Assembly (NCBI GenBank): GCA_963699245.1
Contig: OY969426.1
Coordinates: 469,118 to 533,117, forward strand
Length of the DNA: 64,000 nt
Direction of reading: 5' to 3'
Origin: Thermoanaerobaculia bacterium
GTDB lineage: Bacteria > Acidobacteriota > Thermoanaerobaculia > Multivoradales > JAGPDF01
Shown here one piece after another: positions 14,425 to 28,836 of the stretch (its first letter is position 1; each line of letters starts with the position of its first letter). Position numbers and translations under genes: made by a program. Below the pieces are notes generated by a model. That model was not told where the DNA came from. It made no database searches and saw nothing but the letters and a program-made list of their open reading frames with translations.

Positions 14425-15571
14425 ATGACGATCGATTTTTCGCTGTCCGAAGACCAGGAGCTGCTGCGCGCCGAGATCCGGCGCTTTGCCGAGGAGCGGA
14501 TCCGCCCCGGCCTGCGCGACCGCGATCTCGCCCACGAGTACCCTTTCGCGCTCGTCGGCGAGATGGGGGAGCTCGGCCTGCTCGGCATGCTCGTCCCCGA
14601 GGCTTACGGTGGCGGCGGACAGGATCCCCTCACCTACGTCCTCGCGGTCGAAGAGATCTCGCGCGTCTGCCCCTCGCTCGGTGTGACCATGAGCGTCACC
14701 AATTCGGTCTGCTGCTGGCCGATCGCGCACTTCGCGAGCGACGCGCTGAAGCGGCGGGTCCTGCCCGAGCTGGCGAGCGGCGGCGCGATCGGCGGCTTCT
14801 GCCTGACCGAGCCCGGCTCCGGCAGCGACGCGGGGGCGATGCGGACGCGGGCGAAGCGCGACGGCGACTACTGGGTGCTCGACGGCGAGAAGGCCTGGAT
14901 CACCAACGCCGGTCCCGGCAGGTTCTTCGTGACCCTGGCGGTCACCGATCCCGCAGCCGGCAAGCGCGGCATCTCGGCCTTCGTGGTTCCCGCCGATGCC
15001 CCCGGCTTCCGGGTCGGCGCGGCGGAAGAGAAGCTCGGCTTGCGCGCCTCGCGCACCGCGGCCGTGCATTTCGAGGGGTGTCGCATTCCGGCCGGCAACC
15101 TGATCGGCGAGGCGGGGCAGGGTTTCAAGCTCGCCCTGGCGACCCTCGACCACTCCCGGCTCGGGATCGCCGCCCAGTCGGTGGGCATCCACCAGCGCGC
15201 CCTCGAGCTCGCCACGAGCTACGCGCGAGAGCGGGTCCAGTTCGGCGTGCCGATCGCCGAGCACCAGGCGATCCGGTTCAAGCTGGCGACGATGGCGACC
15301 GAGCTCGCGGCGGCGCGCGCGCTGACATGGCACGCCGCCTCGCGCAGAGCACGAGCGCGACGCGGGCCGATACGCCGCCGAGGCCAAGGCCTACGCGTCC
15401 GAGGCCGCCAACCGCGCCTGCTGGGAGTCGCTGCAGATCCACGGCGGCAACGGCTTCTCGGACGAATACGAGATCTCGCGCCTCTATCGCGACGTACGGG
15501 TGACCACGATCTACGAGGGCACCAGCGAGATGCAGCGCCTGGTCATCGCCCGGCAGCTCTTCGCCCCGTGA
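14425..15571 (+). CDS. Acyl-CoA dehydrogenase, second paralog (frameshift near 15350)
   Basis: [72 protein letters not shown]. Confidence 0.92.
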
Positions 15572-16497
15572 GCGCCCTCGCGCCGGCCGCGCCGGTGCCG
15601 CGCGTGCTCGGCATCGTGCTCAACTTCAACGGGCGCGACATCACCTTGCAGACGGTTTCCAGCCTGCTCGCCGGCGACTATCCGGGGCTCGACGTCCTCG
15701 TGGTCGACAACGGCTCGACCGACGGTTCCGACGCGGAAGTCGCGGCGCGCTTCCCTTCGGTGCGCCGGCTGCGCACCGCGGAGAACCTCGGCATCTCGGG
15801 AGGCCTCAATCTCGGCTTCCGGCTCGGTCTCGCCGAGGGGTACGACTACCTCGTGGCGATGAACAACGACCTCGAGGTGGCGCCCGACCTGATGAGCGAG
15901 CTGGTGCGGCTCGCCGAGGCGCAGCCGCGCGCGGGCGTGGTCGGGCCGAAGTGCTACTACTTCTACGGCGACCGCCGGCGGATCTGGTCGGCGGGGGGAA
16001 ACCTCCGCTTTCGCGAAGCGGTCACCCGCGAGCGCGGCATGGGCCGGATCGACCGCGGGCAGTTCGATCGTGACGAGCGGGTCGGCTACGTCAACGGGGC
16101 GCTGATGCTGATCCGCCGCCAGGCGATGCTCGATGCCGGGCTCTGGGATCCGGTCTACCACGTCTCGGTCGAAGACGCGGATTTCTGCGCCCGCGTCGCG
16201 CGCGCCGGCTGGGAGTGCTGGTACGCCCACCGCGCGCGGCTCTGGCACATGGTCTCGCCGACGACCGGCGGCTACGTCGCCGGGCGGACTTTCCGCACCG
16301 GCCGCTCGACCGCGATCTTCGTCCGCAAATACGCCAGCCTGGGAGGATGGGCGAGCTGGCTCTTCTGGGTCGCCGTCGCCCTTCCGGCAGCGTTGCTGCG
16401 CGAGGCGCCGCGAGGCAACGCCGGCGCGGTCTGGGCGAAGTACAAAGGTTTCCGGGCCGGGCTTCGCCAGCCCCTCGAGCCGCCGCCCGCCGCCTGA
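15568..16497 (+). CDS. Glycosyltransferase family 2
   Basis: [41 protein letters not shown]. Confidence 0.9.
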   Translation: MSALAPAAPVPRVLGIVLNFNGRDITLQTVSSLLAGDYPGLDVLVVDNGSTDGSDAEVAARFPSVRRLRTAENLGISGGLNLGFRLGLAEGYDYLVAMNNDLEVAPDLMSELVRLAEAQPRAGVVGPKCYYFYGDRRRIWSAGGNLRFREAVTRERGMGRIDRGQFDRDERVGYVNGALMLIRRQAMLDAGLWDPVYHVSVEDADFCARVARAGWECWYAHRARLWHMVSPTTGGYVAGRTFRTGRSTAIFVRKYASLGGWASWLFWVAVALPAALLREAPRGNAGAVWAKYKGFRAGLRQPLEPPPAA

Positions 16498-16550
16498 CCC
16501 CACCCCTGCGGGCGAGGCACCCGCACGCTGCGGCTCTCTATTCTCTGGCG

Positions 16551-17194
16551 ATGCCCGAGGCCCCCGATTTCCCGGCGATGGCCGACGCGGTCGTCGCCGG
16601 CGACGCCGATCTCGCGCGGACTCTCGCGCGCGCCCACGTCGAGGCCGGCGGCGACCTGCTGCTCGCCATCGAGCAGGGCTTCTCGGCCGGCATTCGCCGG
16701 GTCGGCGAGCTCTGGGAGGCCGGCGACTATTTCCTCCCCGAGCTCGTGCAGGGGGCCGAGGCGATGAAAGCGGCGATGGGTGAGATTCTGCCGGCGCTCG
16801 CCCGGGCCCGCGGCGGCTTCGAGCCGCGCGGGCGCGTCGTGCTCGGCTCGGTGCGCGGCGACCTGCACGACATCGGCAAGAGCCTCGTCGGCGTCCTTCT
16901 CGCCGCGCACGGCTTCGAAGTGCACGACCTCGGGGTCGACGTCCCGATCGACGCTTTCGTCACCAAGGCGCGCGAGGTCCGCGCCGACATCGTCGGCGCC
17001 TCGGCGCTGCTGACGACGACCATGGTCGCCCAGCGCGACCTCGTCGCGGCGGTGAACGCCGCCGGTCTTCCCCGCCCTCCACGCGTGATGGTGGGGGGGC
17101 GCCGACGTCCCCCCGCTGGGCGAGCGAGATCGGCGCCGCTCACGCCGAGAACGCGATGCGCGCGGTCACGCTGGCGGAGTCGCTCCTCCGATGA
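16551..17194 (+). CDS. Corrinoid (B12)-binding methyl-carrier protein, MttC/MtbC or MetH cap+B12 domain type (frameshift at G-run near 17095)
   Basis: Cap domain VGELWEAGDYFLPELVQGAEAMKAAM; DxHxxG motif GSVRGDLHDIGKSLV; DLGVDVP, GASALLTTT, VMVGG. Confidence 0.92.
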
Positions 17195-18075
17195 CCGGCT
17201 TTCGCGAGCGCTTGGCTGCGGGCCCCTGCCTCCTCTTCGACGGCGGGATGGGTACGCTGCTGATGGCGCGCGGCCTCGCCGCGGGGGAGACGCCCGAGCG
17301 CTGGAATCTCGACCGCCCGCGGGAGGTCACCGCGATCCATCGCCTCTATGTCGAGGCTGGCAGCGAGGTCGTCCAGACCAACACTTTCGGCGCCCATCCG
17401 TTGCGTCTCGCGCGGGCAGGTCTCGGAGGTCGCTGCGCCGAGATCTGCGCGGCCGCCGTCGCCGCCGCCCGTGCCGCCGGTCCTTCCTGGGTGGTAGGCG
17501 ATCTCGGGCCGACCGGCGACTACCTGCCGCCGGTCGGCAGCGGCGATCCGGCCGCCATCCGGTGCGGCTATGCCGCTCAGGCGCGGGCGCTCGCCGAAGC
17601 AGGCGTCGACGCGCTCCACATCGAGACCCAGAGCGACCTGCGCGAGGCGCTCCTGGCGCTCGAAGCGGCGAAGAGCGCGGCGCCGGAGCTCCCGGTCCTC
17701 GTGTCGCTGACTTTCGAACGCAAGCCGCGCGGCTACTTCACGGTCATGGGCGACCGACTGGTTCCCGCGCTCGGCGCGCTCGCCGCCGCCGGCGCCGAAG
17801 CAGTGGGCGCCAACTGTTCGATCGCCAGCGCCGAGATGGCGATGCTGGCGCAGGAGGCGCTGGCGACCGTCGCCGCGCGGCTCGTCTTCCAGCCCAACGC
17901 GGGCCACCCGGAGCGGGACGCGGACGGGCGGCTCGCCTACGCGCAGGCGCCGGAGACGTTCGCCGCCGATCTCGCTCCGCTCGTCGGACAGGGCGCTGCC
18001 GCGCTCGGCGGTTGCTGCGGCACGGATCCCCGCTTCATCGCCGCCCTGGCCGCAGCGATCGAGGCTGGGCGGTGA
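17191..18075 (+). CDS. Homocysteine S-methyltransferase (stand-alone MetH Hcy-binding domain)
   Basis: LLFDGGMGT, IHRLYVEAGSEVVQTNTFGA, GANCS, PNAG, Zn-binding GGCCGT. Confidence 0.93.
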   Translation: MTGFRERLAAGPCLLFDGGMGTLLMARGLAAGETPERWNLDRPREVTAIHRLYVEAGSEVVQTNTFGAHPLRLARAGLGGRCAEICAAAVAAARAAGPSWVVGDLGPTGDYLPPVGSGDPAAIRCGYAAQARALAEAGVDALHIETQSDLREALLALEAAKSAAPELPVLVSLTFERKPRGYFTVMGDRLVPALGALAAAGAEAVGANCSIASAEMAMLAQEALATVAARLVFQPNAGHPERDADGRLAYAQAPETFAADLAPLVGQGAAALGGCCGTDPRFIAALAAAIEAGR

Positions 18076-18753
18076 GCCGAGTGCATGCCTTCGAGGTCGC
18101 GCTCCGGCGCGAGGACGTCCTGCACTTCCTCGGCTATCCGGACGGACGCGAGCCGGCGCCGGCGCTCGCCCGGCTGCTCGACCGGGCGATCACCGAGGCC
18201 CGCCGCCTGGCGAGGCCACGCGCCGCCTGGCGGCGGCTGCCGATCGGGGAGGCGCCGGCGGTCGAGCTCGATCCGCTGGCCGCCGCCGGCCTGGTCGTCG
18301 GCCTGGTCACCGCCGGAAGGCAGATCGAGGAGCTCGCCGCCGAGCGGCTGGCGGCCGGCGACGCCACTTCGGCGCTCCTGCTCGATGCGGCGGGAAGCGC
18401 CGCGGTGGAGGAGGCCGCCGACCGCGCCGGCGCCGCGATCGTCGCCGAGCTCGACGGTGGCGATCCCCTCGCCGCGCTGTTCGCCGGCGACCGCGCCAGC
18501 GGCGGCCACGTCTCCTGCCGCATCAGCCCGGGCTACGGGAGGTGGGCGCTCTCGGCGCAGCGCGCCGCTCTTCGCCCGGCTGCCGCACCGGGCGCTCGGC
18601 GTCGAGCTCGGCGAGTCGCTGCTGATGTCCCCCCGCAAGTCGGTCTCCTTCGCGATGTGGATCGGCGCCGACGCGCGGCCGGTGGCGGGCCTTTCGGGCT
18701 GCGCGCGCTGCGACCTCGAGAGCTGCCGCTATCGGCGGGAAGCGCGGGCGTGA
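18072..18753 (+). CDS. Stand-alone B12-dependent methionine synthase reactivation (SAM-binding) domain protein (frameshift near 18565)
   Basis: ALLLDAAGSAAVEEAAD, RISPGYG, LGVELGESLLMSPRKSVS, C-terminal CARCDLESCRYR. Confidence 0.85.
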
Positions 18754-20211
18754 GGCCTCGCTTCGAGCTCCTCGGCGGCGAGGAGGTCGTCCGCATCGTC
18801 GACGACGCGCTCGTCGTCCTCGCCACCATCGGCGTCGTGGTCGAGAACGCCGACGCCGCGGAGCTGCTCCGCGCGGCGAGAGCGGAGGAGCGTGGCGGGC
18901 GCTTCTTCCTCGACGAAGCGGCCGTCCGCGGCGCGATCGCCGTGGCCCCCCGCCGTTTCGCACTCTTCGACCGCGGTGGCGCGCCCGCGCTGCTCTACGG
19001 AGAAGGCACCACGCACTTCGCGCCCGGATCGGCCGCCATCTACCGCCTCGACGCCGCGAGCGGCGAGCGGCGCCCGGCGACGACGGACGACCTCGTCCTG
19101 CTGGCGCGCCTGACGGATGGCCTCCACGGCTTCGCGGCGCAGTCGACGGCGCTGGTGCCGGATGACGTGCCGGAGGCGATCGCCGATCGCTGGCGGCTCT
19201 ACGTCGCGCTGCGCGAAGGGCGAAAGCCGGTGGTGACCGGCACCTTCCGGAAGGACGGATTCGCGCCGATGCGCGCCCTCCTGGCCGCCGTGCGCGGCGG
19301 CGAGCGCGAGCTCGCCGAGCGGCCGCTCGCGGTCTTCGACTGCTGCCCGACGTCCCCCTTGCGCTGGAGCGACTTGACCGCGCAGGCGCTCGTCGACGGC
19401 GCTCGCGCGGGTGTTCCCGTGCAGACCGTGCCGGTGCCGATGACCGGCGCGACCGCTCCGGTGACCTTGCGCGATGCCATCGCGCAGCAGATCGCCGAGG
19501 GGCTCTCCGGCCTGGTGATCGCGCAGCTCGCGCAGCCCGGCGCGGCGGTCGTCCTCGGTGGCGCCCCGTCGGCCTTCGACATGCGGCAGGGCGCTGCCGC
19601 GATGGGTGCGATCGAGAGCGCGCTCCTCAATGCCGCGCACGCCCAGGTGGCGCACCATCTCGGGTCTGCCGGCGCACGGCTATCTGGCCCTGTCCGACGC
19701 CAAGGGCGCCGACTACCAGGCCGGAATGGAGAGCGCCTCGGGTGCCCTGCTCGGCGCGCTCGCCGGCATCGACCTCGTCTCGGGACCGGGGCTGCTCGAT
19801 TTCCTGCTGACCCAGTCGTTCGAGAAACTGCTGCTCGACCATGAGGCCTGCCTGGCGGCGCTTCGCGTCGCGGCCGGTTTCCACGCCGACGAGCGGGAAG
19901 GAGTCGCCCTGATCGGCGAGTTGGCACGCTCCGGACAGCTCCTCGGCCACCCTCACACCCGCCGACATTTCCGGCGGGAGATCGGGGTCGGCTCGCGCCT
20001 GATCGACCGGACGAGCTGGGGCGATTGGAGCGCGGCCGGAGGCCGCGACGCCGCGGCGCGGGCGCGCGAGGAGGTCGCTCTCCGGCTGGCGGCGAGCCCG
20101 CCCGAACGGCTACCCCCCGAAACCGAGCGCGAGCTCGACGCGATCCTCGCCGTCGAGGCCCGGAAGGCCGGCCTGGAGCGCCTCCCCGGCGTCCCGGCTG
20201 CACTCCCCTAA
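18750..20211 (+). CDS. Trimethylamine methyltransferase (MttB) superfamily protein, non-pyrrolysine type (frameshift near 19660)
   Basis: LVVLATIGVVVENADA, CPTSPLRWS, PMTGATAPVTL, FDMRQG, LPAHGYLALSDAK..DYQAGMES, GPGLL, SFEKLLLDHE. Confidence 0.9.
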
Positions 20212-20277
20212 GTCGGCTTTTCCTCTATACTTCGCCGCCATCGCGCCCGTCTCCGGGCGCGCCTCCGGAGGCCCGAC

Positions 20278-22023
<1,746 letters not shown>

Positions 22024-22030
22024 GTCCACC

Positions 22031-22528
22031 GTGATCGCACTCCTTTCGTCGCTGCGCAACCTGCTCGCCTACACGATGTGGGCGGACCGGCAGTTTCTCG
22101 AGGCGCTCGCCGAGGTCCCGGCCGAGGACCTGACGCGCGACACCGGCACGAGCTTCGGATCGATCCTCGGCACCATGGCCCACATTCTCGGCGCCGAGCA
22201 GGTCTGGCTGGCGCGCTTCGTCGGTGCTCCCCTCGACCGGCTGCCGGGCGGAGAGGACTGGCCCGACCTCCCCGCGCTGGCTGCAGGGTTCACCGACCTC
22301 TGGCCGCAGCTCGAGGTTTTCCTGGCCTCGCTCACCGAGGCGCAGATTGGCTCGACCCTCGCGTGGGTCAACTATCGCGGCGAGAACCACCAGGCGCCCT
22401 TCCAGCAAGCCGTGATCCACTTCGCGAACCACTCGACCTACCACCGCGGGCAGGTGGCGTCGCAGATGCGGCAACTCGGACACCGGCCGCCGGCGACCGA
22501 CCTCGTCTACTGGCGCGGCGGTTTCTGA
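22031..22528 (+). CDS. DinB/DUF664 family protein
   Basis: YTMWADRQ, FGSILGTMAHILGAEQVWLAR, HFANHSTYHRGQV...TDL. Confidence 0.88.
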   Translation: MIALLSSLRNLLAYTMWADRQFLEALAEVPAEDLTRDTGTSFGSILGTMAHILGAEQVWLARFVGAPLDRLPGGEDWPDLPALAAGFTDLWPQLEVFLASLTEAQIGSTLAWVNYRGENHQAPFQQAVIHFANHSTYHRGQVASQMRQLGHRPPATDLVYWRGGF

Positions 22529-22576
22529 GCGCCGCGCCCTTCGGCCGCTCCGGCCCTCTCTGCTAGCATCGCGATC

Positions 22577-22978
22577 ATGAGTTCGCGCATCCGTCGCATC
22601 CTGGTCGCCAAGCCCGGCCTCGACGGGCACGATCGCGGCGCCAAGGTGGTGGCGCGGGCGCTGCGCGACGCGGGGTTCGAGGTGATCTATACCGGACTCC
22701 GCCAGACGCCGGAGCAGATCGCGGCCGCCGCGGTGCAGGAGGACGTCGATGCGGTCGGTCTCTCGATCCTCTCCGGCGCCCACAACCGCCTGCTGCCCGA
22801 AGTCTCGCGGCTGCTGCGCGAACAGGGCGGCGAGGACATCCTGGTCTTCGCGGGCGGCATCATTCCGGAGCGCGACATCGCGCCGCTCAAGGCCGCCGGG
22901 GTGGACGAGATCTTCCTTCCCGGCACTTCGACCGCGACCATCATCGACTATCTCAATCGCCGCCTGACCGCGGCCTGA
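22577..22978 (+). CDS. Acyl-CoA mutase small cobalamin-binding subunit (IcmB/MutB-type)
   Basis: [56 protein letters not shown]. Confidence 0.93.
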   Translation: MSSRIRRILVAKPGLDGHDRGAKVVARALRDAGFEVIYTGLRQTPEQIAAAAVQEDVDAVGLSILSGAHNRLLPEVSRLLREQGGEDILVFAGGIIPERDIAPLKAAGVDEIFLPGTSTATIIDYLNRRLTAA

Positions 22979-22995
22979 ATCTCGACGGAGGGGGG

Positions 22996-23844
22996 ATGGC
23001 GCGCACGATCCTGCTGGCCGACGACAGTGTGACGATCCAGAAGGTCGTCGAGCTGACGTTCCTCGACGAAGACATCCGAGTCGTCTCGTTCGGCAACGGC
23101 GCCGACGCCATCGGTCGCCTGGCCGAGATTCGCCCCGACGCGGTTCTCGCCGACGTCCACATGCCCGGCGCCGACGGCTACGAAGTGTCGAGCGCCGTCC
23201 AGCGTCTGCTGCCCGGCGTGCCGACCCTGCTGCTGGTGGGAACCTTCGAGGTCTTCGACGCTCAGCGGGCCGCCGAGTCCGGCGCCAGCGGCCACCTGAA
23301 GAAGCCCTTCGACTCGCAGGAGCTGCTTCGCCGCGTCAAGGAGCTGCTGGCGAGCGGCGCTGTCGTCGCGCCGGCGCCGGCCTGGAGCGCTCCTGCCGAG
23401 GCCGCGCCGTCCGCCGCCGAGCCGGTCCCGCCGGAGATCGCGCCAGTTCCCTCCTTCGAGATCCCGGCCGAGCCGGCGCCAGCCTCGGTGCTCGAGGCGC
23501 CGTCATGGTCGTACGAGCCGGTCGCCAGCGAAGCGGCCAGCGTGGCGCCCGACACCTGGGGCGGCGTCGACGCGAGCTCCTTCGAGCCGATCGACGAGCA
23601 GCCCGAGGCCCCGGCGATCGAGATGTCACCGGGCACGGTCGAGCCGGCCGCGGCGCCGGCATCCGTCACGGCGGTGGCCGGGGGCTTCTCGCTCTCGGAC
23701 GACGACGTCGAGCGCATCGCGCGCCGGGTGGTCGAGCTGATCGGCGAGAAGATCGTCCGCGACGTCGCCTGGGACGTCGTGCCCGATCTCGCGGAGGTCC
23801 TGCTCAAGGCCCGCATCCGCGAGCTCGAAGCCTCGGTAGAGTAG
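22996..23844 (+). CDS. RomR-like response regulator (receiver, Pro/Ala/Glu linker, conserved C-terminal helix)
   Basis: ILLADDSVTIQKVVELTF, VLADVHMPG, LLVGTFEVFD, KPFDSQEL; C-terminus IVRDVAWDVVPDLAEVLLKARIRELE. Confidence 0.82.
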   Translation: MARTILLADDSVTIQKVVELTFLDEDIRVVSFGNGADAIGRLAEIRPDAVLADVHMPGADGYEVSSAVQRLLPGVPTLLLVGTFEVFDAQRAAESGASGHLKKPFDSQELLRRVKELLASGAVVAPAPAWSAPAEAAPSAAEPVPPEIAPVPSFEIPAEPAPASVLEAPSWSYEPVASEAASVAPDTWGGVDASSFEPIDEQPEAPAIEMSPGTVEPAAAPASVTAVAGGFSLSDDDVERIARRVVELIGEKIVRDVAWDVVPDLAEVLLKARIRELEASVE

Positions 23845-23909
23845 ACCGCGCGCGCTCCGCCTCCCGGTTCGCGGGGGCCGCGAGCCGGGCATTTCCCATG
23901 GAGTAACGG

Positions 23910-26570
<2,661 letters not shown>

Positions 26571-26571
26571 A

Positions 26572-27351
26572 GTGACGACCGCGCCGACGCCTCGCGAAGT
26601 CGCGGCGGCGTGGCCCGTCGAGCGCCTCGACCTCGCGCTGGTCGTGGTCGACGTCGTCGATTCGACCCAGCGCCTGGCGCGTTCGCTGCTCGATCGACTG
26701 CGCGCCGACGACGAGACCCCGCCGCCGACGCTCTTCGTGGCCCTCGCGCAGAGCGCCGGGCGAGGGCGGCGCGGCCGCGAGTGGGCGAGCGCGCCGGGGC
26801 TCGGGCTCTGGGCGACGCTGCTCTTCGCCACCGAGCCGGAAGCGCTCCCCAGCCTGCCGGCGCGTGCCGCGCTCGCGCTGGCGCAGGCTCTCGGCGAGGT
26901 TCTCCCGGCGGTGCGGATCAAGTGGCCGAACGACTTCGTGGTCGGCCGGCTCAAGCTCGGCGGGCTCCTGGTCGACGCGGTACAGCGACCGGGCGAGCCA
27001 GCCTGGGCGCTGCTCGGATTCGGCCTCGACCTGGCGCACCGGCGCGAGGAGCTGCCGGGGGATTTCGCGACCTCGCTGGGGCTCGAACGACCGGGAGAGA
27101 CTCCCGACCTCGCCGACTGGACGGCGCGCTGCGCCTCGGCGCTCTGGCCGCGCGTCACGACGGTGGAGGAGGGGTGGCTCGCGCGCTACGCCGCGCTCTC
27201 GGCGCACAGTGCGGGCGACGCCCTGGCCTGCGACCTCGAAGCGGAGCGGATCGAGGGGCGGTTCGCCGGTTTCGCGGCGAACGGCGGCCTGCTGCTCGAT
27301 ACGGCGGGCGGCCGGCGTAACATCTCGGCGGGGGAGGTCTTCGCGTGGTGA
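26572..27351 (+). CDS. birA: Biotin--[acetyl-CoA-carboxylase] ligase (no HTH domain)
   Basis: VDSTQ, QSAGRGRRGREW, IKWPND, KLGGLL, C-terminal GGLLL...ISAGEV. Confidence 0.88.
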   Translation: MTTAPTPREVAAAWPVERLDLALVVVDVVDSTQRLARSLLDRLRADDETPPPTLFVALAQSAGRGRRGREWASAPGLGLWATLLFATEPEALPSLPARAALALAQALGEVLPAVRIKWPNDFVVGRLKLGGLLVDAVQRPGEPAWALLGFGLDLAHRREELPGDFATSLGLERPGETPDLADWTARCASALWPRVTTVEEGWLARYAALSAHSAGDALACDLEAERIEGRFAGFAANGGLLLDTAGGRRNISAGEVFAW

Positions 27352-28154
27352 ACCGGAGCAGCGAGAAGAAAGAACGCGGCGACCTGCTGCTGGTGGTCGA
27401 CGCCGGCAACACCAATACGGTCTTCGGCGTCTGGCGGGGGGCGGACCTCGTCGAGAGCTTCCGCCTGTCGACCGACACCGACCGGACGAGCGACGAGTAC
27501 GGCGCGCTCCTGACGACGCTTTTCGCCCGCCGCGGCCTCGACCCGGCCCGGGTCTCGGGCATGGCGATCTCCTCGGTGGTACCGCCGCTGCATTCGACGC
27601 TGGTCCGGCTGGCGCAGGACTATTTCGGCCTCAAACCCCTCTTCGTCGAGCCCGGCATCCGCAGCGGCATGCCGATCCGCTATGACAACCCGTCGGAGGT
27701 CGGTGCCGATCGCATCGTGAACGCCCTGGCGGCGCGCGAGATGTTCGGCTCGCCCGTCGTGGTGGTCGACTTCGGGACCGCCACGACCTTCGACATCGTG
27801 AACAAGAACGGCGAGTACATCGGCGGCATCATCTCTCCTGGCATCCTGATCTCCGCCGAAGCGCTCTTCGAGCATGCCTCGCGCCTCTACCGCGTCGACG
27901 TCCGCCCACCCGAGAAGTTGATCGGTCGCAACACGGTCTCGGCCATGCAGGCCGGCATCTACTACGGCTACGTCGGGCTCGTCGACGGCATCCTCGAGCG
28001 GCTCAAGGGCGAGATCGCAGGGCTCGAGACGATCGTGGCGACCGGGGGGCAGGCCGAGCTGATCGCGGCCGGTTCCAAGCACATCGGGCGCGTCGAGCCC
28101 CTGCTGACGCTGGTCGGGCTGCGGCGCATCCATGAGCTCAACCGAGGCGGATGA
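27345..28154 (+). CDS. coaX: Type III pantothenate kinase
   Basis: LLVVDAGNTNTVFG, ISSVVP, EVGADRIVN, VVVDFGTATTFD, GGIISPG, VATGG. Confidence 0.95.
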   Translation: MVNRSSEKKERGDLLLVVDAGNTNTVFGVWRGADLVESFRLSTDTDRTSDEYGALLTTLFARRGLDPARVSGMAISSVVPPLHSTLVRLAQDYFGLKPLFVEPGIRSGMPIRYDNPSEVGADRIVNALAAREMFGSPVVVVDFGTATTFDIVNKNGEYIGGIISPGILISAEALFEHASRLYRVDVRPPEKLIGRNTVSAMQAGIYYGYVGLVDGILERLKGEIAGLETIVATGGQAELIAAGSKHIGRVEPLLTLVGLRRIHELNRGG

Positions 28155-28809
28155 CCTCGGCAGCGCCGAGGACCAGGCCTACTTCCGCGCTCTCGAGCAG
28201 GCCTTTCTCGAGCTGCGCGGCCGCGCGACCCTGTTGTCGCCCGAGGACTGGCAGGTCGCCGCGGGCTGGCGGCGGGCCGGCGTGCCGATCGACCTCGTGG
28301 TCAGCGTGATGTCGAACCTTTTCGCCCGGCTGCGCGAGCGCAAGTCGAAGCGCGGCATCTCGAGCCTGCGCTACTTCCGTGCCGCGGTCGATGCGGCCTG
28401 GGACGAGCGGCTGGCGCTCGAGGCGGGGGGCTTCCGGGCGCCGCCGCCGCCGGTACCGCTCGAAGCGAGGCTGCAGCGCCTGGCCGCGGTCCTTCCGGAC
28501 AGCGTCCCGGGAGTCGCAGCCTTGCGCGCTTCGATTCTGGAAGCCAGGGGAGACGTCGGCGAGATCGAGAGCCGGCTCGCGGCGCTCGACCTCGAGATCC
28601 TGGCCTCCCTCGCGGCCAACCTCGCGCACGGCGACCGCGTGAAGATCGACGAGCGAGTGAGGCGCGCCCTGGCGCAAGTGCCGCCGCCACAGCGCGAGAG
28701 CGCCGGCGACGAGCTTCGGCAGCGGCTCGAGAGGCAGGCGCTGCGCGCGCTCTTCGGCCTGCCGGTGCTCTCGCTGTTCGCGCCGGAGACCGAAACTCCC
28801 GCAAGCTGA
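28132..28809 (+). CDS. Hypothetical protein with a possible DnaD-like N-terminal domain
   Basis: 225-aa ORF overlapping the coaX stop, strong GC3 bias; F..LRGR..LLSPEDW....W...GVP...V...SLRY....V...W pattern. Confidence 0.7.
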   Translation: MSSTEADDLGSAEDQAYFRALEQAFLELRGRATLLSPEDWQVAAGWRRAGVPIDLVVSVMSNLFARLRERKSKRGISSLRYFRAAVDAAWDERLALEAGGFRAPPPPVPLEARLQRLAAVLPDSVPGVAALRASILEARGDVGEIESRLAALDLEILASLAANLAHGDRVKIDERVRRALAQVPPPQRESAGDELRQRLERQALRALFGLPVLSLFAPETETPAS

Positions 28810-28836
28810 TCGCGCCGGGTTTCGTCCAGCAGGGGA

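Noticed and set aside
16498-16550. Cobalamin or SAM riboswitch ahead of the corrinoid operon
   Set aside because: The spacer is only about 50 bp, has no B12-box or S-box consensus, and a -10-like box sits 6 nt from the ATG.
18750-20211. Pyrrolysine-containing trimethylamine methyltransferase
   Set aside because: The equivalent codon is CTG (Leu) at 19690-19692; no in-frame TAG was seen and no pyl genes are in the window.
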